Assembly: GCA_043228905.1 (NCBI GenBank)
Contig: JBHGNT010000010.1
Location: forward strand, 9,734,001-9,798,000
DNA: 64,000 bases
Direction of reading: 5' to 3'
From: Azolla caroliniana
Taxonomy: Eukaryota; Plantae; Polypodiophyta
The translations under genes were made by a program, and so were the position numbers. The stretch's first letter is position 1, and every line of letters starts with the position of its first letter. Positions 22,101-35,700 of this stretch are shown piece by piece. The notes beneath the pieces were generated by a model that did not search any database, was not told the origin of the DNA, and worked only from the letters and a program-made list of their open reading frames with translations.

Positions 22101-25100
22101 TCACGGCCTAGCCCGAAGATGGACAAAGGCAAGGCAAAAATGGTGGAATATGTAGACGAGCGCTTCGACGACGATGAGTCGACTCACTCACTCGATAGTG
22201 AGTTTGGCAGCTTCGATGTACCAATCGGAGCTAAGAAAGCCCTCATCTCTGCAAATGAAAAGCTTCGTCGCTCCACCCGTGAAAAGAATCCGGTCAGCCG
22301 ATTCGGCTACAATGACTACATGTCATATCACTATGCCTTTATGATGAAGGTGGCGACAGTACGCAAACCGGAAACATTTTCCAAAGTAGCCAAGGATCCG
22401 TGATGGATCGAAGCCATGAACGAGGATATGCATGCACTACGCAAGAACGAGATGTGGGATCTCGTTCCCACCTCACCACACAAGAAGGTGATCAGTTGGA
22501 GATGGATCTACAAGGTGAAGTATAACGTTGATGGCTCCGTAAACCGCTACAAAGCTCGACTCGTAGCGAAAGGATACGCTCAGACGCATGACATCGACTA
22601 CGAAGAGACCTTTGCCCCGGTGGCAAAGATGACGATGGTACGGACCGTAATTGCGCTTGCCGTGGCGAAAGGGTGGCACCTCCATCAAATGGACGTCAAG
22701 AACGCATTTCTTCAAGGCGAATTAGAAGAGGTGTACATGATACAACCACCCGGCTTCAACTCGAGCACCCATCCGAAAGCTATATGCCAACTCAAGAAGC
22801 CACTCTACGGCCTCAAGCAAGCATCGCATGCTTGGCTTTCGAAGATAACGCAATATCTTCATCAAATCGGCTTCCGTATATCAAAACCGGACAACTCCCT
22901 CTACATACGAAGTGATTCCGCAAGTCCGATCATCATCATCTTATATGTGGATGACCTAGTCATTGGAGGTGAGCATCTCGTCGAAATCAATAAGGTCAAA
23001 TCCCTCCTTTCCGACAAGTTCGAGATGAAAGACATGAAGGAGCTCCACTACTTCCTCGGCATCGAGGTAATTCGGACTCCGGCCAGAATCATGATTTCTC
23101 AACGGCACTACATCCTCAACTTGTTATACAAGTTCGGTATGGCTGCGTGCAAATCCGCGGCAACCCCACTTGATCGCAATGTCAAACTCGATGCGAACTC
23201 CGGCACCAAAGCGTGTGAGCCGACTCATCGGGAGTCTCATCTACCTCACGATCACACGACCTGATCTTAGTTTTCCGGTCGGTCTCCTTAGCCAATTCAT
23301 GCAAACACCGCGTGATACTCACCTTGATTGCGCTAAGCGAGTTCTACGATACGTGAGCGGCACAATGGATTGTGGCATCCTCTACAAGACCGCGATGCCA
23401 ATACGACTCGAGGGGTACATAGACGCCGATTGGGCCGGCTACAAAGCCAATAGAAGATCAACCTCTGGATTTGTTTTTTCCCTCGGTAGCGGAGCAATAT
23501 CCTGGAGCAGCAAAAAGCAACCAACCGACTCTCTTTCGAGCACAGAGGCAGAATACAAGGGCGCGGCAGTGGCCGCATGTGAAGCCGTATGGCTCAAAAG
23601 GATACTCAAGGATCTGGGCGTACCCATCAAGGATCCGACTTCCCTTTATTGCGACAACATTAGCAGTATCTATCTCGCTCGGAACCTAGTGTTCCACGCG
23701 CGGACAAAGCACATCGAAGTGCACTATCACTTCATCCGAGAACGTGTTCTGGCCGGCGATGTCGACCTACAACACATTACCACCAATCTTCAAACGGTCG
23801 ACGTCTTCACTAAAGCCTTAGGAGCCGACAAGCTATCGCAATTCATGACCAATCTCGAATTGACGATCCCTGACCTGCCAAGCTTGAGGGGGAGTATTGA
23901 AAACACTACGCAATAACACGAGGATTCCGCAACCGCACAACGAAGCCGCGAAGAGCTGATCTACCACACAAAGCCGCGAAGAAAGACGCAAGCTGAAGCA
24001 CAGACTTCGCAACTACACACAATGCAAGCTGGAGCACGGACTCCGGAACTTCGCATAAATGTGAGTCAACGCGAGTCGACGCGGACTCCGGAACATGAGT
24101 CGAAACAGATTTCGGATACCGTCTAAAACCAACCCGACTTGAACTTGAGGGGGCGTGTTGAGAATCAAGCTCAACTTGGTCTAGTGTGTGAACTCACCTT
24201 GAGAGTAAATAGACACTCCAACGGTCAAGAGTCACCATTATGTCACCTCTTTGCATTCTAGCATTTAGTATGAGTCATAGAATCATATTCTATGACACAT
24301 AACTTATGAGCTTTCACATTCCCCATGCTCCATGAGTCTTGTAGTTAATGAAGAGAGAGGGTGACTATATAAAGCACCCTCCTCCCACCTTGTATTGTGT
24401 CGAGTCTTTCTCCTTTGTTAATATAATCTACCTTGCATATACTCTGTGTCTTACTCCTTGTCTCTCTCACTCTCTCTCTCTCTCTCATACACACACACAA
24501 CTCACACCTATTCCGCTACACCAGAATCACACCCGATTCTTTACATGGTATCAGAGCGATTTGGTAGCTTGATCTAGCCCATTCGCCTCATCGTGATCGT
24601 TTGTTGTGCTCTACACCGACGACCAAGAACCAGCTCATCGTTATCGTAGCTTCGCTACATAGCTCGCATTCGAAGAGAAGAGAAGAAGAAGAAGAATCGA
24701 CATAATGAATACTCAAATGGGGAGCGCTCTCCCTACCGAGAAGTTGGATCGAAACAACTTCGCATCTTGGGAGTACAAGATGCACCAATTCCTTGTCGGA
24801 CAAGGCTATTGGAGCTACATCAAAGGAGAGCACGAAGACCGACCCGCCGAAGCGGGTCCCGGATACGCAACATGGGAGCAAGCCGCAAGCCGCGTGATGT
24901 ATTGCTTGGCAACATGTGTTCACAATCACATGCTCGGCTACATTCACCAAGCCAAGACGCCAAAGGAGGCATGGGAAAATCTAAGAAAGATTTTCGCAAC
25001 GGACACAACCACAAGAAGGCTTCAACTCCGCCAAGAGTTGAACAACATTCAACAAAGGGACATGACCATCACGACATACACCTTGAAGATCAAGGAGCTT

Positions 25101-25265
25101 TGCGACTCGCTCGGCTCGATAAGCGTAAGTATAGGTGTTAATATAATCTAACTTGCGTATACTCTGTGTCTTACTCCTTGTCTCTCTCACTCTCTCTCTC
25201 TCTCTCATACACACACACAACTCACACCTATTCCGCTACACAAGAATCAGACCCGATTCTTTACA
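19106..25265 (+). mobile_element. Ty1/copia with LTR-internal-LTR-partial gag-partial LTR structure
   Basis: LTRs 19106-19497 and 24156-24545, plus a 3' LTR remnant at about 25136-25265. Met PBS after both full LTRs. One TSD, CTAAC, at 19101-19105 and 25266-25270. Confidence 0.92.
19658..23916 (+). pseudogene. Copia gag-pol with many frameshifts and stops
   Basis: EKLDRNNFASWEYKM gag, VDSAAS PR, WHKRIGH INT, YVDDL RT and HARTKHIE RH, spread over fragmented ORFs. Confidence 0.9.
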
Positions 25266-25313
25266 CTAACTAAGCTCAAAAGTCAAAACAAATGTTGAGA
25301 TAAATGTAAATAC

Positions 25314-26039
25314 TTGAGGTACATCAAGAAGATGAATGGGATGCTCCTCGTATTGACTCCTTCGAACACGTTTCCTGCATAAATCCTTCTTATTGGGTGA
25401 AACTCTACTCTCATTAGTCCAAAATATTGTGATTATATCCTTGATTTCTGATGTTATGGGTGTCATTGGCTTACATTTTGTTGTTAGCTTTAGCAGACTA
25501 GTTCCTTCACCCAAGGAAACTATCCAGTTCAATGTATTGTACACACTTTTTCTAGTAACACCAATTACCTTAGATAGCACACTGATGTTAATATCGTCAA
25601 CATCACTATTAAGTAACATCATTTGACTAGACCTTTTTAAGACAAGGTCATCTTCTGACTTGCTCATGGATACGAAACTATTACAGAGATTATTTACTAG
25701 TACAGATGTTATGTTTGCATTAAGACCATCACAATCAACTAACTCCATTATCGATGGATCATTTAATATTCTATAAAGTACTACCTTCTTGTCTTCGTTC
25801 CTGATGTGCTTGGTTTGAACATTGAAATAGTTCACAACCTTTCTCTCTATGATAGTAGTCTCATTACTTCCATTCTCAATGATATATAGACCTATATCGC
25901 AACCAATACTATCTTTACCTTTAGTGAGTGTGGCTTTCGTATCCTTCAACAATTGACGATGTTTTCTTTTTTTTTTCTGCCCAATACTTTCATATCGCTT
26001 GTTTTGTCCTGATAGCATCATCCCTATCCAGATGATCAT
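25314..26039 (-). pseudogene. Sola2-like transposase exon 1
   Basis: FWTNESRVSPNKKDLCRKR motif. Ends CCTCAA|GTATTT (phase-0 donor), which joins in frame to TAG|GTCGAT at 16131. Confidence 0.6.
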
Positions 26040-26234
26040 TGAGGGGTAATTCTAAATACCCTCCTTCCCCTTCCATTTGGCTTGACAGGTTTAAACCCTA
26101 ATTTTCCCGAAAAAAAGACACGTATTAAAGATGGCTATGGGCAACAAGAATACACAAAAATATTCCACAATACACAAGATTATACACAAAAATACACAAG
26201 ATAATCAATAGACAGAATAGTTATTGAAATCCAA

Positions 26235-26795
26235 GACCGAACAATGGCGGTAATCCAGGGCCGAATAGTGGTGGCAACTGAGTGTAGAATGGTGGTAGTG
26301 GAGGAGTGAACTCTGTTTGATTGAATAGTTTTGGCAATCTAGGACCGAACAATGGCGGCTACTGAGTGTAGAATGATGGCAATGGAGGAGTGAATTCCGT
26401 CAAATCGAAAAGTGACAGCAATCCAGGACCGAATAGTAACGACAACTAAGTATAGAATGATGGCAATGGAGGAGTGAACTCCGTCAGATCAACCAGTGGT
26501 AGATGATGCTTGGACGACAATTGAGAGTAGAATGGCAGTAGTGGAGAAGGAGTTAACTCCGTTAGATCGAAAAGTGGCAAAAATATACGACCTTCACAAT
26601 AGCGGCAACTGAGTGTATAGTGGCAGCAATGGAGGAGTGAACTTGGCAGATGATGTTGGGATTGAACAGTGGCGGCAACTAATGGCGGTAATGGAGGAGT
26701 GAACTCCATTGAATCAAACAGTGGCAGATGATACTTGGACCGCACAGTGCCGGTAACTGAGTGTAGAATGGCGGCAATGGAGAAGTGGACTCAAT
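26235..26795. repeat. Degenerate tandem repeat, ~80-bp unit
   Basis: Recurring ACTGAGTGTAGAATGGCGGCAATGGAGGAGTGAACTCC motif, about 7 copies. Confidence 0.75.
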
Positions 26796-29047
26796 AGGGT
26801 TTAGCATCAGTGGTAGTAATCTAAGCGAGAATACTCAACCAGAGATGGCTCGCGTGATGTGGCAAAGGATCATGCATAATGGACCTAGGAATTTGGTATA
26901 TAATTTATGGTGCACATTTATGGTGCTCATTTATATAATTAAAACTCTCTACTATTTTCAATGGTAGCTTTTTGCATAGCTAATGCTATGTCAAGGACAT
27001 AGCTAATTGTTTCCGCTCGCATGCTTTCACCCTATAGTCGATAAAAAAAACATGAGGTTAGAAAAAGCATGATCAGTTTTAGAAAAAGCATGTTAGAGAA
27101 AGCATATAGTCTATAGATAGAGAAAGCATGGAGTTCATAGTTCGAGAAAAAGCATGGATTGCTAAGACTCGCTCATCACTATATAAGGATGGGAGTAAAT
27201 TGTAATGGGGAGAGAAAGTTATGGATAAAAAATCATTAGGGTTCAAAAATAATGATTTTGTGGGATTCACAAGTTTTCTATATCTTTCTCTTCCAATATA
27301 TTCTAATTTATTATTAGGGTTTTAAATAGTAATAAAATAAATAAACTATACTCATGGGATTCAAGACGTTTCTATATCCTTCCCTTTCAATCTAAATTCA
27401 TATTCTTATCTAAATATTGATTAATAAAATACATTATACTTGTGGGATTCAAAAGTTTCTATCTCTCTTTCTTGTAACCTAGTCTCGAATTCTTCCTCCT
27501 CCTAGTCCAAAACCCCAGCGGTTCCCACCCGACTCACGCAACGATCCGGTGCCGAGAGGCACTACACATTTTTTGAACCCGACGTGAAAGGGGGTGGCAA
27601 GGATATGGAGAATCAACAAGAGGTGATGACCATGATGACCATGATGTTCAACTGCATACTACAAGAACAACGCACGATGTCCAAGATCAAATTGGCAGTA
27701 GAGCGGCTTGTGCAAAGAATCGAGCAATTCAACGAAAAGGATGTGTCATGCTATCTATGTGACTACAAGACGGAGATGATGCGATGTGGGATACCGGAAG
27801 GATTGCAAGTGATATCCTTCAATTGGGTGGCCACGGATGAGTTGCAAGAGAGCATCTACGAGATACGGCAACAAAACCCAATGTGGGTGTCCTTTGAGAA
27901 AGCTCTATTGGCGAAACATGATTACAAGAGACCAAAGGGACGAGGTCAGCGTGAATTCGACTAGCGGGTGGCATCGGAGAAGACCCACCAAAACGCGACA
28001 CAAGAATTCCTAGAGTTTGAGCATCGTTTTGCTTAAATCTCGGAATGGGAACAAAGATTTGTGGGGGTAGATAAAGTCCTAATGTTCGTAAGATCGATCG
28101 ATCAAAAAGAAAGGATGGACATCGGGATCAAACTTGAAGAAGATAATGGTGCAAATGGACTCATTGAGGATTGGACCGAAGTCGAAAGAGTAGGCCAAAG
28201 ACATGATAAGAGCAAAACGAGAATCTCATTAGCAACAACATGGTCCATGAGGGATGGTGGATTCAGGTTGAATGATGTGGCCAATACGAAGGCTGAAGTA
28301 CAATTCGACGGTACCATGGGAGAGGGAGTGGAACAAGCGCTCCTCTTGCCTTGCAAAAGAACGACGGCCAAGGATAAGGCCGACGACCTAAGAGTGGTGA
28401 ACACCACTTCAAGTGTGGAAGAAGGTTTCAGGATACAATTGCTCAAAACTTCGGGTGACGAAGGGGTAAGCGTAATTGAAGCTTGCACGATCGAGGAGGG
28501 CAAAGAGTGTGAAGCCTATGGAGTTGAAGAGATATCCACGGATAACGACATCGAGGCGAAGGTGGCTAAGGATGATTCGATGGAGGACGGTAATACCGAG
28601 GATTCCTTCCCACTAATTCTAGAGAATTCGAAAGTAGCATCTGAGAGCCAACGTGAGACCGAAGAGATGGAAGGTGGCAACGAGGAAATGAAGGTTGAAT
28701 TCTAGAGACTTCGGCGGTTGCATTCGAGAGGTAGTGTGAGACCGGAGAGAACGAAGGTGGTAATGGGAAAGTGGAAGACCAAGCCAATGTGAGCGATAAG
28801 TACAAGGTGATTGTGATTGATCAAAGACATAGGAATTCCTCCAATCCTATTCCAGAGACTTCGGCAGTTGTGCACGAGAGCCAACATGAGACCAAAGAGA
28901 TGGAAGGTAGTGGTGAGGTAGAGTTCGATGAAGAGATAGAGAGCGGGAAGAACTGGAAGTCGATTGGGATGGAAGATGATCCGACTGGTATTCCAATCCA
29001 AACGGAAGCCAACTCGAGCGGAAACCAATCAATCGAACCCAACACGG

Positions 29048-32000
29048 TGTCATGCCTTTCGGCGCCAGATTGTTTGCGTGAGTCGGGTGGGAACCACTGG
29101 GGTTATGGACTAGGAAGAGGAAGAATTTGAGGCAATTTTAATTATGTATAGATTATTAGAAGCTTGTGAATCCCACAAGTAGAGTTTTTTTAGTTTGTCT
29201 TAACCATAGTAATAAATTGAAATAGTTTAGAATAGTTTAGAGTAGAAATAGAAAAGAGATCAAACCTTGTGAATCCCACAAGTATTACATTAATCAATAT
29301 TTATGAAAGAATATGAATTTAGATTGAAAGAGATAGATTATATAAAACTTCGTGAATCCCACGATTATATTAATTGGTGTTTTAGGAAATATATCCAATT
29401 TCCCAAATATTTTTCTCCCCCACCTATTACATTGTGCTCCCCATCCTTATGTAGTGATGAGGGAGTCTTAGGAATCCATGCTTTTTTTTCTCTAACTATA
29501 GACTCCATACTTTTCATATAGATAGACTATATGCTTTATCTAACGTGATTATGTTTTTTCTAACTTGTGCGTTTTTATCAACTATAGCGTTCATGCATGC
29601 TAGATGTGCATGCGTAACTTTTTCTTTTAGCATGTGTTTTTCTTTTAACTAAAGTTTTATCCTACGTGAACTTACCTTTTTTATGTGGGACATCTACCTT
29701 TTAACACGAATGAAATGCTAGTGTAATGGTAAGACATTATATTATTAACATGGAGGTGCAAGGTTTGAATCTTGCCCTATGCATGTTATATGTATTTTAA
29801 TATTTTCTACTATTTATTCATATTTATTAAATCGCTACTTTATAAGTTTTTCATGTGGTGTACAAAATACACTACGACACTTGCCCCCTCCGAACCTGCA
29901 CATCCTCCGGTATGTGCCGAAGTTGTCGGTGATTGTTAGTCTCGTCCGTCCATTCTCCGCATGGTTGGTTTCGTCGCCGGTCATTTTTTGGTTGTTGGCC
30001 CCATTCAGTCTCCGGTTCTGTTGGGTTGCAGGCTCTATCCGATCTCCAATTACCGGCCCTCGTAATTCTTCTTTACTTGTAGTACCCTCCGTTTCTCTTG
30101 ATATGTCAACTTTGTCTCTCCATTTTGAGCACATCCAAGCTTTCCACCCGAACCATTGTTGCCATCCGATCCACCATAGTCTTCGTTCACTCTTTGCATT
30201 GCCATGAGTGGTTGTCATGGTCCCTTGTGGTTCTCTTGAGCATCTCGGTGTGCTGTCTCTCTCCGCTCCGCACTTGTCTTCCGTAGGTTCTGCCCACGTG
30301 TCGATGTCGACCTTCGAATACGCGCTCGTTGTTAGGTCCTTGTGCGGCTTTAATGCATGCTTCATTTCTCATTGTTGCGCATGCGTCGTATTACACCGTA
30401 GCGCATGCTTCGTATTCCATCGTAGTGCATGCGTTGTATTACCCCGTAGTGCATGCTTCTTTTGCACCGTAGCGCGTGCTTCTTTTTTCGCCATAGCGCG
30501 TGCTTCTTTTTATGCCATAGCATGTGCTTCTTTTTGCGCCATATCGCATGCTCCGTATTACACACTTCTCCCTTCGTAGACCCGACCTTCGCGTTGTCGT
30601 GGTTTTGTTTACATCGGAATTTTGGACGGATCATCTTCCATCCGAACCGGCTTCCAACTTTAACTTCCTTGCTGCCACCTCCCGTCTCTCCGGTCTCACG
30701 TTGGTTCTCGGACACAACCACCGAAGTCTCTAGGATTAGTGCGCATGAACCCTCGGTATTATCATCCTCTGTCATTTCAACCATAGCCACCTTTTCAACT
30801 ATCTCTCCGTCGTATGCATCGGCTTCAGCCTTCGTTTTCTCTCCGCCATCTTCCGTCTCTTCGATCTCACGTTGCTTTTCGAACGCAACCACTGGAGTCT
30901 TTGGAATCAGTGGTGGGGAAGTCTCAATATGGCCATCCACCATTGATTCGTCCATAGCTACCTTCGATTCAATGTCATCTTTCGTGGCGACCTCCTCAAT
31001 CAAGTCCTCCTTGCTCTCTTTCACTGCATCAATTATGCTTACCCCTTTTTCACCCGATGTTTCGGACACTTGTACTCCAAAATCTTCTTCTACACTTGGG
31101 TTATCGGCCTTATCCTTCGCCGTCGTTCTTTTGCAAGACAAGAGGGTAGCTTGTTTTACACCCTTTTCCGTCGCACCATCATGTTGTATTTCGGCCTTCA
31201 TATCGGCTCGATCGTTTGTCTTCAATCGACCATCCTTCATTGGCCATGTCGTTGACAAGATTCTCATCTTCCTCTCATCATGTCTCCGGCATACCCTTTG
31301 GACTTCGGCCCAATCTTTGGTAAGACCATTTGCACCATCATCGTCTTCGAGGTCGATCCCGATGTCCATCCTTTCTTTTTGATCGATCGATTTTACGAAC
31401 ATTAGGACTTTATCCTCTCCCACCAATCTTTGTTCCCGCTTCGAGAGTCGAGCAAAACGATGCTCGAACTCTAGGAATACTTGTGTTGCACTCCGGTAGG
31501 TCTTCTCCGATACCACCCATTCGTCGAATTCTCGCCGATCTTGTCCCTTCGATCTCTTGAAATCATATGCCTCTCGTAAAGCTTCTTCAAAGGACTCCCA
31601 TGTCGGGTTTTGTTGCCCTATTTTGTGGATTCTCTCTTGTAACTCATCTGTGACTACTCGATTGAAGGATGTCACTTGCAATCCTTCCGGTATCCCACAT
31701 CGCATCATCTCGGCCTTGTATTCGCATAGATAGCGTGACACATCCTTTCCGTCGAATTCCCCATTTCTTTGCACAAGCCGTGCTACTGTCGATTTCATCT
31801 CCGACATTGTGTGTTGCTCTTCTTGCATCCGCTTAATCATCATCATCATCATATTCATCGCTTCTTGTTGATTCTCCATCTCCTTACCACACCTCTTCAC
31901 GTCGGGTTCACCACTTGTGTCTTGCCTTTCAGCGCCAGATCGTTTGCGTGAGTCAGGTGGGAACCACTGGGGTTATGGACTAGGAAGAGGAAGAATTTGA

Positions 32001-32740
32001 GGCGATTTTAATTATGTATAGATTATTAGAAGCTTGTGAATCCCACAAGTAGAGTTGTTTTAGTTTGTCTTAATCATAGTAATAAATTGAAATAGTTTAG
32101 AGTAGAAATAGAAAAGAGATCAAACCTTGTGAATCCCACAAGTATTACATTAATCAATATTTATGAAAGAATATGAATTTAGATTGAAAGAGATAGATTA
32201 TATAAAACTTCGTGAATCCCACGATTATATTAATTGGTGTTGTGGGAAATATATCCAATTTCCCAAATATTTTTCTCCCCCACCTATTACATTGTGCTCC
32301 CCATCCTTATGTAGTGATGAGGGAGTCTTAGGAATCCATGCTTTTTTTCCTCTAACTATAGACTCCATGCTTTTCCTATAGATAGACTATATGCTTTATC
32401 TAAAGTGATTATGCTTTTTCTAACTTGTGCGTTTTTTATCAACTATAGCGTTCATGCATGCTAGATGTGCATGCGTAGCTTTTTCTTTTAGCATGCGTTT
32501 TTCTTTTAACTAAAGTTTTATCCTATGTGAACTTACCTTTTTTATGTGGAACATCTACTTTTTAACACGAATGAAATGCTAGTGTAATGGTAAGACATTA
32601 TATTATTAACATGGAGGTGCAAGGTTTGAATCTTGCCCTATGCATGTTATATGTATTTTAATATTTTCTACTATTTATTCATATTTATTAAATCGGTACT
32701 TTATAAGTTTTTCACGTAGTGTACGAAATACACTACGACA
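29048..32740 (-). mobile_element. Non-autonomous Trp-primed element C nested antisense in B
   Basis: LTRs 31918-32740 and 29048-29879. Perfect 4-bp TSD ACGG/ACGG. PBS 31896-31913. PPT next to 29880. Confidence 0.93.
30362..31879 (-). CDS. gag: Gag-like ORF with acidic low-complexity C-terminal half (~505 aa)
   Basis: N-terminal ~200 aa resemble the 61412/61772 gag (FDGKDVSRYL, FNRV.TDELQ). No knuckle or protease. Ends in 23-24-bp tandem repeats at about 30380-30560. Confidence 0.7.
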   Translation of the reverse strand: MENQQEAMNMMMMMIKRMQEEQHTMSEMKSTVARLVQRNGEFDGKDVSRYLCEYKAEMMRCGIPEGLQVTSFNRVVTDELQERIHKIGQQNPTWESFEEALREAYDFKRSKGQDRREFDEWVVSEKTYRSATQVFLEFEHRFARLSKREQRLVGEDKVLMFVKSIDQKERMDIGIDLEDDDGANGLTKDWAEVQRVCRRHDERKMRILSTTWPMKDGRLKTNDRADMKAEIQHDGATEKGVKQATLLSCKRTTAKDKADNPSVEEDFGVQVSETSGEKGVSIIDAVKESKEDLIEEVATKDDIESKVAMDESMVDGHIETSPPLIPKTPVVAFEKQREIEETEDGGEKTKAEADAYDGEIVEKVAMVEMTEDDNTEGSCALILETSVVVSENQRETGETGGGSKEVKVGSRFGWKMIRPKFRCKQNHDNAKVGSTKGEVCNTEHAIWRKKKHMLWHKKKHALWRKKKHALRCKRSMHYGVIQRMHYDGIRSMRYGVIRRMRNNEK

Positions 32741-35700
32741 ACGGAAGGGGGCCGAGTCGGTTGAAACCGATCGACCAAGTCTAATTCGGTCAAATGCGAA
32801 TCCGGTCGGAAGCCGGGAGCCCATCGGACGAGACCAATACCAAAGGAAGCTAATCCGACTGAATTGGAGGTCAAAGAGATCGAGGCCGGTGAATACGAGG
32901 GAGAGGCCAAGCAAGAGCACTACCATGGACAACAAGGGCCAAGTGGGCAAGTGGATTTGAAGGGTGTTATCGAGGATGACATCTCAACAAAGGAGGGCTC
33001 TAACATGAAGATTGTCAACCCTAAAGGAAGATTGTATGATGAAGGTGGACGAAGTAGGAAGCATGATAACATGCACTTGAAGGGTCTACATGGGATAGTC
33101 AACGTTGGTATTCGGAGAAAGACTTGGTGAGGAAGGCATGAAACCAGAATAAATGATGGGTCAAAGTGCCTTGACCAAGGAGACAGTCGGGACAAAGGTG
33201 GCACATGCACGAGACATGAAGGGTTAAGCTCAAAAAGAGCACAAGGAGCCATGAGAACCGGTCATGGCAATGCAAAGAGTGAACGAAGAATATGGTGGAT
33301 CTGATGGTGACAATGGTTCGGTTGGAAAAAATCGATATGCTCAAAATGGAGAGACAAAGTCGACATAGCGAGAGAAACAGAGGATGCTATGGATGAAGGA
33401 GAGTAACAAGCATCGGCAACTTCGGCACATACCGGACGATGTGCGGGTTCGGAGGGGGCGAATGTCATAGTGTATTTTGTACACTATGTGAAAAACATAT
33501 GGAGTACCCGAGTCAATCAATATAAGGAAATAGATGAAAATATTAAAATATATATTTCATGCATAGGGCAAGATTCAAACCTAATACCTCCATATTAATA
33601 ATTTGGAGCCTCAGCATTACATTAACACACCAAAAGTGTTAAAAAAATAGATGTCCCACATACAAACATAACTTCACACATATTTTCTAGGAAAAAGCTT
33701 TAGTTAGAAGAAAAACGCATGATAGAAAAACGCTCCACATGCACATCTAGTGTGCATAAACACTATAGTCGATAAAAAATGCATGAGGTTAGAAAAAGCA
33801 TGTTAGAGAAAGCATATAGTCTCTAGATAGAGAAAGCATGGAGTTCATAGTTCGAGAAAAAGAATGGATTGCTAAGACTCTCTCATCACTATATAAGGAT
33901 GGGAGTAAATTGTAATGGGGAGAGAAAATTATGGATAAAAAATCATTAGGGTTCAAAAATAATGATTAATAAAATAAACTATGCTTGTGGGATTCACAAG
34001 TTTTCTATATCTTTCTCTTCCAATCTATTCTAATTTATTAGTAGGGTTTTAAATATTAATAAATTAAATAAACTATACTCATGGGATTCACGAGGTTTCT
34101 ATATCCTTCTCTTTCAATCTAAATTCATATTCTTATCTAAATATTGATTAATAAAATACATTATACTTGTGGGATTCAGAAGTTTCTATCTCTCTTTCTT
34201 ATAACATATTCATAACTAGACTCGTCTCAAATTCTTCCTCCTCCTAGTCCAAAACCCTAGCAGTTGCCACCCGACTCACGCAACGATCCGGCGCTAAAAG
34301 GCACTACAGCGTACACCACACTTTTTTTCCATTTGCATGCTCTAGTTTTCCCTCTTGCACCTGATGTTAGCAAAAAGGTAATCACAATGTCTACCATCAC
34401 ATTTATTTATCTAAACTTGCTAGTTGTAACTCTATGATTCAAGAATGAAGTTTTAAATGTATGAACCTTTCAAAGATTGACAATTGGATTGCCAAGGAAA
34501 CGTCCCTCATTCCCATTTTGATTTTGTAGGCCTCCAGGTATCGAGTCATATCTTTCCCATCAAAGCGACCATTTGCATCCACCATATTTTTAATGGCCTT
34601 GTCAAGGCCTATGGTTCGTCATCATGGTCTTTACTCAAACCAAATTGTTTCTCGAATCACTAGCACTCGATTCACCAGCCCTCCTCCCTTGCCACTCTTT
34701 CACGTTAGGTTGACCAAATTTATGTCATAAAGCTACGTGAGTGCTTATGAAATCTAAGAAGGACCACCAGGCATTTGAATTAGAGAGGATGGGTTGACTT
34801 GATTATTTTAAGTTCAACATACAAGGACGTCAATGTCCAGACTAGTTTAAGGTAAGTGTGTTTTAAATTGTACATTGATTGTGAGTAGATATCTATCGAT
34901 GGGATAGGTAGATCTCTAACTTTTAATCTTAGTATTTATTTTAATTTATTTTATTCATTATTTATTTATTTTTATTATCTTATTTAAATTAAGAAGTTAT
35001 TATTATTTGATTTTATATTATTTATCTATATACTTATGTATTTCAATGTTGTTATTAAACTCTTATAATTATTTTAGGTTTATTTTCTTATTTATTTTGC
35101 GATTATTATTATTATTATTTAACATTATAATTAATTATTTTTCATATTTCCTTCCTATTATTATTAATATTGATGTATTTTTACTATTTTTATATTTTCT
35201 ATTTAATTATTTCCTAATTTTTTATTTTATATATTTATATATCCAAACCTTCGTCCTTATTTGTAAGTCTTGGCTTGACCGCAGTTCCTCTGTAGAATGG
35301 CTTTGGTTTTCTGTTGTCATTAAAGTGTAAGAGATCATTAACACATTTTACCAAATATTGCTTTACTTTGGAGGTTATAGATTATGTAAATTCAACAGGT
35401 AGAATAATGGAAAATGTCCATCTTGCTATAGAGTATATGCATCATAATGATGATGGCTTATGGCTCTTGAATATCCCCAACATATACCACTTATTTGAAA
35501 ATGATTCTTGGATTTAACTTGTTGCATATGATTGGTACATGAGCGTTTTTTACGTGGTGATTGACTAGATGGTCGGCCTTCAAATGAATAGCAATTTACC
35601 TGTTTAAATCCCAAATTATATACCTACAACATCGAGTTATTTGAAACATGTAATATGTTGCAATTTGAGAACAGTCCGTCAAAAAAAGACACAAAATAGT

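Larger units (their letters stand above)
27030..34308 (+). mobile_element. Non-autonomous Trp-primed gypsy-like element B (gag-like only, 5' LTR truncated)
   Basis: 5' LTR remnant about 27030-27566. Mutated PBS (TTTGAACCCGACGTGA). Broken gag-like ORFs 27605-29040. PPT GGAGGGGGCGAA. 3' LTR 33463-34308. Flank GCGT. No RT or INT seen. Confidence 0.82.

Noticed and set aside
23881-23905. Second PPT/LTR-start-like motif (TTGAGGGGGAGTATTGA) upstream of the real PPT
   Set aside because: It coincides with the usual LRG end of copia RNase H, and no LTR homology follows.
35007-35330. Hydrophobic 107-aa ORF (similar case at 46531-46809)
   Set aside because: Artefact of AT/T-rich low-complexity DNA.
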